This document shows positions 40,153 through 50,400 of a stretch of DNA of 64,000 nucleotides, piece by piece. The stretch's first letter is position 1. The number at the start of each line of letters is the position of its first letter. Where the stretch lies: the NCBI GenBank assembly GCA_049322915.1, contig JBMOPW010000020.1:224001-288000 (forward strand), given 5' to 3'. This DNA comes from Candidatus Zhuqueibacterota bacterium. GTDB taxonomy: Bacteria; Zhuqueibacterota; Zhuqueibacteria; Thermofontimicrobiales; Thermofontimicrobiaceae. Both the position numbers and the translations under genes were made by a program. The notes beneath the pieces are model-generated. The model ran no database searches. It was not told the DNA's origin and saw only the letters and a list, made by a program, of their open reading frames with translations.

Positions 40153-40503
40153 TCAAGGAGTTTTTAAAGTTCGTCCATCATTTATCCAATTTCCCTTTTC
40201 ATCCACATTGATTACAAAAACATAAAGTAATCCTTCTGAATATCCCTCACATTGAATTGTATATTCCATTTCATGAACTCTGATTTCGAAAGTATCATCG
40301 ATCATTGAGTTCAAATCCCAGTAAGTCCTGCATGTCTTTTTGATTTGGTTATAAACTTCGGAATCAAGCCAGTTGATTTCCGGGAAAACGAATCCCTCAG
40401 AAATCTGAGTGATGCTTTTTTCATTCTGACAAGAAAAGAAAAATAGATAGATTAAAATAAAAAATATATTGGATTTTAGTATTATCATTCTCATTTTTCT
40501 CAC
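40153..40503 (-). CDS. Small hypothetical lipoprotein
   Basis: Leader ending in FFSC; GGAG upstream. Confidence 0.65.
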   Translation of the reverse strand: MRKMRMIILKSNIFFILIYLFFFSCQNEKSITQISEGFVFPEINWLDSEVYNQIKKTCRTYWDLNSMIDDTFEIRVHEMEYTIQCEGYSEGLLYVFVINVDEKGNWINDGRTLKTP

Positions 40504-40626
40504 TCCTATCAGTCAGTTATATAAATAATTGCAATGTAAATAATAATAAAGTTTTTTCAGCTTTAATAATGGTGTTGAAGATTTACCTTGCCACTAACGA
40601 TTGCGCTTCAAATGAAGTGTCAAAAG

Positions 40627-41148
40627 TTATTTACTTAACGAATCAATCCTGCTGGCGATCTCGGCTGCGGTCTCGATTAAAATGTTCGGAACCTCTTCAT
40701 AAGCAGGGTAATAATATGCTGTTTCGATTATTGTATTCCACTGATTTAGGAAAACAGCATTCGCAGGGCTTTTAGCCAGCCACCATTTCCCTTTGATCAA
40801 GTCATGTTTTTCGCCTTCTACCACCACTGTTGCAATATTGTTTTTTCGTAGCTCCATTGCCTCGATTGCATCGACTTGTGATTTGAATACAGAAACCGCA
40901 ATATTGTTTTTATCGCCACTGTACTGGACGCCTTCCAGGAATTCAGAATAGTCATTGAAGTAACTGTCAATAAAATCAGATGTATGCTTAAGGCTATCAT
41001 CACCCCAAAAATTACCTACTTCTGTCAAGGAAAGCAGAGGTAATTTTTGCGGATCAAAAAACTCTTCATTGTGTGCTGATGGTTCTTTTTCACAATTAAA
41101 AAAAGCCAGACAGGTTATAATAATAAGCATTTTGCATATTTTGAACAC
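40627..41148 (-). CDS. Hypothetical lipoprotein
   Basis: Leader ending in FFNC-EKEP; 173 aa. Confidence 0.7.
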   Translation of the reverse strand: MFKICKMLIIITCLAFFNCEKEPSAHNEEFFDPQKLPLLSLTEVGNFWGDDSLKHTSDFIDSYFNDYSEFLEGVQYSGDKNNIAVSVFKSQVDAIEAMELRKNNIATVVVEGEKHDLIKGKWWLAKSPANAVFLNQWNTIIETAYYYPAYEEVPNILIETAAEIASRIDSLSK

Positions 41149-41622
41149 TCAAAATTGGATCAGCGTTTTGAATTCCTTCCAATGAAATGAATGAATAAAA
41201 ATCAACCAATAGTTAAAAACTGCTCTCATCTTTTGTAAATTTTTAAATACGTTCACAAATCCGCGCAGACTTTCAAATATGCTATTGTCAAAGTAATCGC
41301 ATTCAAACGTGCAGCTCCCCAGTTTTCCTGGAAACCTGTCCGCACAAGAATTCTTCGGCTCTTGTTGGTCTTTCAAATGATAATTTATACCAATAAATGA
41401 TAGAAGTCAAACGATATTTTATTTATTGAAAAAAAATATTGCGTCCCGGTAATTGAGTCGAACACTCTGCTAACAACATTTAAACCTGGATAAAGTTTCC
41501 GGAACAAATTTTCTGCAAAATCGTTTGATTGTGCATATTATTCGCTTTCGTCCAAATATACTATGGAAAACGATTGGAATAGACGAACAATGTGAGCAAC
41601 ATGTATTGAAAAGGAATCAGCA

Positions 41623-42690
41623 ATGAAATTAGGTTTGATTGGATTACAGAATTCAGGCAAAACGACCATCTTCAACGCGCTCAGCAACTCCAGGGCAGAG
41701 GTGACCGCATTTTCAAGCGGCAAGGCCGAACCGAACCTGGCCGTGGTGGATGTGGGCGACGAGCGTATCGATAAATTATCCGAGCTTTATTCCCCGAAGA
41801 AAACCACGTACGCCACGGTGGAACTTGTGGATTTTGCAGGCATGACCGAGGGCGCGGCCAAAAACGGAAGCTTCTCGGCGGAGTTGATGGCGCTCATCAA
41901 AAATATGGATGCGCTGGCGCTTGTCGTGCGGAATTTCACAGACAGCCTGGGCGACGATCCTGAACCACTCGAGGATATTGAACGTGTCAACACAGAATTG
42001 ATCCTTTCCGATCTGGTTCTGGTAGAGACACGGCTTGAGCGAATTGAGGCCAATTACGCAAAAAATAAAAAAACAGTAGGCTTGCAACTTGAGGAAAAAA
42101 TTCTCCGCAGAATTTTAGAGCAATTGAATGACAACAAACCAATACGCAATCTCGAATTGAGCGAGGAGGAGGAAAAGAACATTCGAGGATTTCAGTTTCT
42201 CACAAAAAAGCCGTTTCTGGTCATCCTGAACTCGGATGAAACCAGGTTTGGCAAGAATGAAAAACTGATTGCTGCCATTCAGGAACAATACAACACCATC
42301 GAATTTGCCGGCAATTTCGAGATGGAGCTTGCGCAACTGAGTCCCGAAGATGCGGCCCTTTTCATGCAGGACATGGGCATACGGCAATCGGCCAGGACGC
42401 GGCTCACCGGTTTTCTGTACAGCATTTTGGGCTACATCAGTTTTTTTACGGTTGGCTCCGACGAGGTTCGGGCGTGGAGCATCCGCAAAGGACAAACCGC
42501 AGTGGAAGCAGCCGGCGTTATTCATACCGACCTGACACGCGGCTTCATTCGCGCAGAATGTTTTTCTTACAATGATCTTATCAAATATGGCTCGGAGAAA
42601 GCAGTGAAAGAAAAAGGATTGTTTCGCCTGGAGGGCAAAGATTACATCGTGAAAGATGGGGATGCCCTGAGTATTCGGTTTAACGTATGA
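41623..42690 (+). CDS. ychF: Redox-regulated ATPase YchF (Obg family)
   Basis: GLQNSGKTTIFNAL, LVDFAG, FFTVGSDEVRAW, IHTD, GFIRAE and RLEGKDYIVKDGD..FNV. Confidence 0.95.
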   Translation: MKLGLIGLQNSGKTTIFNALSNSRAEVTAFSSGKAEPNLAVVDVGDERIDKLSELYSPKKTTYATVELVDFAGMTEGAAKNGSFSAELMALIKNMDALALVVRNFTDSLGDDPEPLEDIERVNTELILSDLVLVETRLERIEANYAKNKKTVGLQLEEKILRRILEQLNDNKPIRNLELSEEEEKNIRGFQFLTKKPFLVILNSDETRFGKNEKLIAAIQEQYNTIEFAGNFEMELAQLSPEDAALFMQDMGIRQSARTRLTGFLYSILGYISFFTVGSDEVRAWSIRKGQTAVEAAGVIHTDLTRGFIRAECFSYNDLIKYGSEKAVKEKGLFRLEGKDYIVKDGDALSIRFNV

Positions 42691-43356
42691 TATGCATTTG
42701 GGAATGATGTGAGCCAGCGACTGACGCGTCACGAATCCTCTGACGCGATAGAGAGAACGATCCAATGCCATCTTCTTCTTTTACCTTTATGTTAATCTTC
42801 AGCCTGTTGCAGCAGAATCGCCTTCCAATGATAGTCGATGATAATGAAACAACACCCTGCCTGGAATCAATCCACGCTTTCCTCTGTCACCCTCAAGGAT
42901 GTGAATAATCCCTGTATTCCCAAATTGGATTTAACCCTACTATGTCACATAGATTTTTTATCGTTGTATATTGTATTTTTGATAGATGAAAAACTCAACA
43001 TATTGTGATAAATTTACTAAATGACGTTGTAGGGTTAATCAACATGCGCTAACGGGCTAATTTCGTAAATGACTTGGAAGGCAATGCCCGTGTGCGTCTC
43101 CGGCATATTAATGCATGGTATGTGAGTGGCGTTGAGGCTGTATCAAAAATCATTTTCGATAACTCGACTTTACTAAATTTTGATTTCAAGCAATCATCGC
43201 ATCTTGTATTCAACTCCTGGATTCGGATGAGATTAATCTTTTCCCGGCAGTCGTTAAATCATGATATCTGGAAAAATTCAGAAAAGTGCCTCAGGTCACA
43301 CGGCGATTCTGTTAAAATGTTAAATTTAATTCAGAAAATTGAAGCCCACTCAACTT

Positions 43357-43430
43357 AGTAACCAGAGACTGAATCAATATAAATATTGCCCCCCAACATT
43401 TAATTGAAGGTCTCTGGTTACTTTTTTTTT
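43357..43430 (+). terminator. Long stem-loop followed by a T-run (terminator, possibly the 3' end of an sRNA)
   Basis: AGTAACCAGAGAC (43357-43369) / GTCTCTGGTTACT (43410-43422) perfect 13-bp stem plus poly-T. Confidence 0.6.
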
Positions 43431-43614
43431 ATCCGCTCTCTGTTCATGCAACTGAAAATTTATCCCCCCCATCAATTAATACCACATGGGCGACGTCACT
43501 CAGCCAGCGAATTTCCAGATTTTACATTCACCAAAGATGTAGAAATTTTCTCTTGATTTTTATCCAAAATTTTCTACATTGAATTAATTTATTTGAAAGC
43601 ACAAAGGGCGAGTT

Positions 43615-44241
43615 ATGAAAAAGAATGGTGTAATACTGGCTTCGATACTTGCGATGATGATCGCATGCGCTGGTTCAGTGAGCATGTTGCCTGCGCCGCT
43701 GGACTCGAAAAACCTGCTCATAGGCGCGCTCATCTTCGATGTGAATGGCTACAATGATACGTTTGAATCAGTGCGCAAGCAAATCGAAGTTGCCATCGTC
43801 GGCAATGTGATTGAAAATGGCGAGATGAAGAGCTACGGCCAATGGGCGGTCACAGACGAGAATGGCTATTTTTTTTTGGCCAATGTACCGGATGGTGAAT
43901 ATGTGATAAAGGGCTTCAGGATTCACTCCATTGGTGCCGATAATCTAACTATTAGCAATGACTTGATTAATCCAAGGGAAGATTATTACGAGTTGCAGGA
44001 CGAGGATATCATTTATTTGCAGGCTGCCTATTTCGACACACAATCGAACCGGCGAATTGTGAATTTTAAGCATCATGTTTTTACGCTGCATTCCAATGAA
44101 TTTATCAAACATGAGCAATACGATGAATTGCGCGAAGTGAAGCTGTCAACAGGTGAACTTGTCAGTGAACCCCCTGTTCCGCAATATTTTCTCAATAAAT
44201 TTCCCGCGAATCCCTGGGCGCCATTTTTGGAGTTAGAGTAG
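43615..44241 (+). CDS. Hypothetical lipoprotein with a carboxypeptidase-regulatory-like beta-sandwich motif
   Basis: Lipobox IAC; TDENGYFFLANVPDGEYVI. Confidence 0.7.
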   Translation: MKKNGVILASILAMMIACAGSVSMLPAPLDSKNLLIGALIFDVNGYNDTFESVRKQIEVAIVGNVIENGEMKSYGQWAVTDENGYFFLANVPDGEYVIKGFRIHSIGADNLTISNDLINPREDYYELQDEDIIYLQAAYFDTQSNRRIVNFKHHVFTLHSNEFIKHEQYDELREVKLSTGELVSEPPVPQYFLNKFPANPWAPFLELE

Positions 44242-44425
44242 CAGTAATGCAATTCTGTGGGATGTCCGGGTGGGCTTGGAATGATGGTGTGTGCCCGGGA
44301 ATAGTCATGCTACCACTTACCGTATATTTCCACTCCGTGCAATGATTATTATTTTCAAATCATTCCTGAATAAATTTTAATGTGCTGATACATCCGATAA
44401 CCGCTAATGATTGGGAATACTGGCC

Positions 44426-47400
44426 ATGCAAGATGTTACAACCGTGAGATACAGCAATTTTCTGAAAGAGCAATCAGCGTTGAAACGAGTTTCGGAGCAA
44501 CGCAACGCCACTGAGCTTCTGTACCAGAGCGAGAAATTTCAATCAAATACTCCAGTCCAGAGTCTGCCTGGTTGGACGGAATTGCGGCAGAAGCTTTCCG
44601 AGGCATCCGTCATTTTCTTTCCCAATGATGTGCAGCAGCAGACCTACACTGCGGATACCGGCACCCATATTGTCCCGTCCATCTTCAAGCGAATGCTGGT
44701 GAAAATCAAGTTGTCCTTTGTATTTCGTCCCGGCTGTGTCGAAGATTTGAGCGTATTTGTGAAATGGGCGTATGAAAACAAGATTCATTACACCATTCGC
44801 GGCGCAGGCACCTGGCCGTTTGGGGGCTGTGTGCCCATCAACGGGGATGTTGTGGTTGATCTTTCTTACCTTGATTTTATGCACGTGGATGAGCGCGAGG
44901 GGATTTTCACATTCGGGGCCGGCGTCGTTTTCCCCAAGGCCAGGAAATTTTTACAGGAGCGGGAATTCACGTTAAAGCAGGAAATCACCAATCCTGGCAG
45001 CGGCACCATTGCCGGCTGGTTGGCGACCGGCGGCATTGGACTCGGCAGCTACAAATACGGGCATGTCTCCAATTCCGTGCGCGCGCTGCTGGTCATTACC
45101 CCTGCGGGCGAATGCATCACCGTGGATCGGGACGACGCCAACTTCACCAGCTATTTCGGCAGCGAAGGCCAGTTCGGCATTATCGCCGGCGCATCCATGG
45201 AGGTGCGACGGGAATCCTACGTCACCAAGCCGTACGCGTTTTCCTTTACAAAATTCGAAGATGCGGTGCAGTTCATCCACATGCTTGAAAAAGCGCAACT
45301 GAAGCCCACTTCGGTCATTTACTTCAGCGACACCTACATTGCCGAGACGTATAAAATCGAGAAGCGCCACGTCGAAGAGCGACTGAATGAAGCGCTGGAC
45401 AATAACGACCAGACGCGTTTGCGCGAGACGCGCGAAGACCGCGATACCATCGAGGCGATGAAGCAGTACCAGCATGTCGTCGTCATCCATTTTGATGAAA
45501 ACAGCGATTACCAATTCGCTTTGAAGTCGCGCCTGTTTGGCAAGAGCGGCGAATTGCGCCGCGCGAGTCATATCAGCTATTTGCAACTGCCCACTGACCT
45601 GGCGCATATATTCTGGGATCACCGATTTCTGCCGGTGCAGCTTAAAGTCAACGGGCCGACTGTCCTTGTGAGTGAATTCGTGTTGCCGTTGGCGGCGTTT
45701 TCGAATTTTCAAAACACGCTGCAAAAGGTGCTGGCTCGCTTGCTGAATATCGAGTTGAAGTCGGAAGCGCATCTTCTTCAAGACGGCGAAGTGTTGACGC
45801 AAGCCATGTTCCTGGCTGACACGCGGACGTTTCGGCACAAGCTCTATTTTTCGCTAATTCCGCTGATGACGCAGGTCGGCTATTATTTTGGCGCCAGGCC
45901 GTACGGGATCGGTCTGTGGAATTATCCCTCATTGAGGCGGTGGCGAAGCGTGAACCGGGAGAAGGCCGATGCCATGATGGCGTTCAAAAAGGAATCGGAT
46001 CCGCGCGGTCACATCAACCAGGGTAAATTCATCAATCCCCGGCGGCAGACGTTGGCGTTCAAGCTGTTCAAAATTATCACTCCCCGTTTCAACCAATGGT
46101 TCGTCGCCACCTACGATAAACGGATTCAGCAGAAAAAATTCGTCCTCACCTTCCCATTTCAGAAGTTGGTGTGGAATATCACCCGATTCATTTTCCCGCG
46201 AATGGTGCCGCCGGGGTTGAAAGCCGGAGAGCATGAACCCATCGAACGGATGATTTCAGTTTGCGCCGAATGCGACTCGTGCGAACGGGTCTGTCCGACT
46301 TCGGATGTGTTCGGACTTTACGGCCCGGCCACGCCGATCACCCGCCGCCGCACAGCGCAGCGCTTGATTGCCGGAGAGAAAATCAGTCGGAATGAGGCGC
46401 TGGGATTCCTCGCCTGCACCCGCTGCGACAATTGCACCGACATTTGTCCAACCAACATCAACCTCACGCAGGTGTTCGATCTGGTGGAAATGAATCCAAA
46501 GTTCAACGCCCAGTTGAATTTCAGGAACGGTGAAAAGAAGGAGTATATCGATCGGTTCTGGCAGATCATGAAAGAGAGTCCGCTGTACATCGAACATACG
46601 CTGGCCGTTCAGAAAGAAGAGAAATCGCATCTGGCTCACGGGCTGAAAATTCTGTACGACAAAGGATTTGCCTACAGCGAATTGTACATCGATCCGACCA
46701 CCTGTATCCATTGCGGCATGTGCAGCAACGAAAACGCCTGCATGTACGCTGCCAGAGAAAGCCAGCCACGTCAGATTCCTGAACTGCGCCACATCAACTG
46801 CGCGCTGTGCAATGCCTGCGTTAATTTCTGTCCCCAGAACAAAATCATGGAGCGCACCCGGCTGTATTTCGATAAATTGATCCATCATGCCGTTGATCTG
46901 GAAGAGAAACGCTACTGGACCAAACAGCAGGCGCGGGTGCACGATACAACCACGGTGCAGCGGTCCACGCTGCTCACAGAAATGGCCGACCGCTACGTGA
47001 CGGAAGAAATTATCATGGAAATTGATAAAGAGGCGTCCACCGGCAAAATCCCGGTTTCAGGATCGGGTCAGGGCGACCGGCACATGGGCATCGGCTTCGA
47101 CGCCGAGCGGTTCGCTCATTTTCACATCGTGGGGCCGGCGCAAAACCGTCTGCACGAGGGCGATCCGGCAGAGGAACTGGCGGTGATTCTGGGCAAGCGG
47201 GAAGATTTCTGCAAGTTTGACCGGGATGGCAATCTGGTGAATCCCGTGCATGCCAATATCAAATTGATGACGCCGATTTTATACAACGCCATCCCGCTGG
47301 AGAGCAACGGCAATGTGGAACTGGTTCTCATCAAAGTGGCGGAACAGCAGAAAAGCCTTGTGGTGATTCAATTGGAGCGGCTGCTGGAACACCATCAGGA

Positions 47401-50400
47401 AATCCTGAAAAATGGCGGGTATGCGCGCCTGCCCCAGGTGATTGTTCCGAGGGTGGGCAGCGATCTGATCAATCTGCTGACTGTCCACCAAAACACGAGC
47501 CGCGATTTCATCACAGATCTGTGGCGCATGCCGGTGTTCGAGGTGGAATACCATCCGGACATCGAGCAGACCATCAGCTACATCCGCGGTTGCGTCGCCA
47601 GCAGCGAGAAAGTGCGGGCGCTGATCAGCGGGTATCTGGAAATTTCCGAGTACGACCTCATCGGCTCACTGAGTCTGACAGCGGATATCAAAGAGAAAGT
47701 GAACCACTTCCTCGACCAGAAAGTGGATATAGTGCACATCCGCGGGCTGAGAAATAAAGACGAGTACTTTGTAACGTCCCGCGCAGTTCGCGCGCTGCAT
47801 CATTATCTGATGCGAATTGGCCGGCGGCATGAAGTGAGCATCATTGCATCGGGCGGAATACGGCTGGCATCGGACACGCAAAAGACAATTCAGCGCGGGG
47901 CTGAGGCCACGTTGATCGATTTCGCGGCACTGTTGGCGCTGGATCCTTCGACCTATCGCGCAATGATTGAGAATAAATCCACCACGGAAAAATTATTGAG
48001 CCTGGATGTGGATTGGGCAGTGAAAAGGCTGCTCAACCAGGCTGAATCGCGCAAAGTGCAAATCCTTGAAGTGCTGGGCGCTGCCGGGTTCAAAGACCTG
48101 AAAAAGACGGTGGGCGAGGAAGGACGGCTCATCGATTTTCACAAACTGGAGAACAGAATTCAGCGGACGATTTTCGAAAATGAGCAACTCGTGGATGAGT
48201 ATTCGACCTGTAACGAGCAACTCATCAAAAATGAAACCATCCCGGAAACGCAGGTGCGCAGCTACAGCGTCCTGAAGACGAAACTGGCGCCCATGCCGGC
48301 GCCGCACGATTTTTACAATCTCGGCGAAGTGAATCAGGTGCTGTACAAACGCGATTTTGTCTGGCCCGGGGCATTGATCGAATCCATGGGACGTATGGCA
48401 GCCGGGGACATGTCCATGCTCGATTTCAACAACGTGAAAAAGACCGGCCTGCTTGGCGATGGATTCGACGTCATGCGCATTTTGTACAACAAAGACCCGA
48501 TGGATATTCACGAATCTGAATTGAACCAGATCTCCACTTCCTTGCTGCTGGACAAAGGCCTGATCCTCGAAGCGCCGTGGATGTTCGGTGGCAAATCCAT
48601 CGGCTCCATCGGACTGGACACGTGGAAAGCGCACGTCACAGCGTCGCGGGAATTGGGCATTCAGTTCGACACCGGCGAGGGGGGCTATCCCACCAGCTTT
48701 TTCCTGAATTCGAAAGGCGAGCCGCTGTTCTTCACGGAGAATGAAATTCAACTCATCAAATCCTATTTCGAATCGGGCAGTGATTACACCATCGAGCAGA
48801 TACAAAAGACGCTGGCAGAGAAGAAGATCACCGAAGAAAGCCATCCGGAATTGTACAAAAAACTGAAGCAATTTCCCTCGCTCAAGCCCTTCCGGTTTCT
48901 CGTCATCGTCGATGAACAGGACCAGCCGTTCGTTTCGACTGAATTGAAAACCGGGCTGTTTGGCGTCACCAAGACTACGATTCAGAAAGCGCGGCGCGTG
49001 GTGATTGCCTACAGTCAGGGCGCCAAGATGGGCATCGGCGGACACATCCTTGCGCAGAAGGTGAATAAACTGGTTTCGTACATGCGGGGGGTGGAAGGCA
49101 TCGAATACACCCACGCCGAGAAAGTGGAGCAGTTGTACCAGAAATTACAAAAAATCGCCTCGAAAAATGACCATCCGCTCCATGAACTGGCTGTTGCCAA
49201 TCTGGACATTTTCAACGCTATGGAAGACCAGCGGACTGCAACCGAAGCGTTCAAAAATGCGCTGTGGCAGATTCAGGAATATGCCTATAATCTCCATGCC
49301 CGCAATGCGATTGATCCCATCGAATTCAAAAACATCCTGCAATTGTGCGAGGAGATCATCGACTACTCTTACAGCAGCATCATTTCGCCGTTCCCGTTTC
49401 ACAATTGTTATTCCATTGAAGATGTGAAAGCGTTCATCGATGTCGTGCGAATGATCAATCCGGAGGCGGTCATTGCCATCAAAGTGTCGCCGTCCATTGA
49501 TATCGAATTCATTGCCACCGGACTGGGACGCATTGCGCGCGACAATACCGACGAAATTTTAGCCGCCAGATTCAACAAAACTCAGGCCGGATCGGACCCG
49601 TTGTCCGTCGAGATGGCCGAATATACCCGGAAATACGGAATGAAAATTGAAATCTGGCTGGATGGACCGCGCGGCGGCACCGGCGCGTCGCCCAATATCA
49701 TCAAAGGTCAAATGGGCATGCATCTGGAATACGCCATTCCGCTGATTCACTATCGGCTTGTTAAAGACGGGCTGCGGAATTATGTCAAATTTATAGTCTC
49801 CGGCGGGATACGAACCTTTGAAGATGTGATCAAGGCTGTCGCCCTGGGCGCTGATGGTGTGGTCTGGGGAACGGCTCCGCTGGTGGCCATTGGCTGCGAC
49901 CGAAACCGGAACTGTCACGACGGCTGTTCGCGCGGCATTGCCACGAGCAATTTGAAGCTGCAACAACTGCGCGATGTGGCGGTTAACACGCAGCAAATCA
50001 TCAACGCGTTCACCATGATTCAGATGCAATGTATCCGCGCCATTGCCGCGCTGGGATTTTCCGACATCCGCGAGCTGCGCGGCCGGTTCGACAAAATTCA
50101 TTGGCTGGGTCTCAAAGAACGGGTGGATCACCGCTATCGGGTGCGCGCTGAAGTGATTAAAGAGATTGAGAAGGACGAGCAGCTATTCGAGCAGCGCATG
50201 GCTCGCGCGACTGGCCAGAGCAATTGCGGCGTGGCGGCCATTAACGGCACGACGGCAATTCCCGGCTATATACTCGACCAGACGCTGCAATCGATGCGGA
50301 ACCGCGGCATGGATGGCGTTGGCATTGCCAAAACGCTCTGTTTCCCGGACCATCCGAATGAATACGCCTATCGCATCCTGGTGAAGGGTCGGCTGCACCG

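Noticed and set aside
42993..43008. ACTCAACATATTGTGA resembles an NrdR box
   Set aside because: Single convincing copy, no ribonucleotide reductase gene nearby, and it lies inside a larger inverted repeat.
43074..43358. 94-aa ORF with a TTG start
   Set aside because: No RBS or recognisable motif; cannot be supported as a CDS.
44242..44425. Possible glutamine riboswitch or nitrogen-regulator site upstream of the giant gene
   Set aside because: Only a weak hairpin (CCGGG...CCCGG); no match to a motif I can support and no -24/-12 element.
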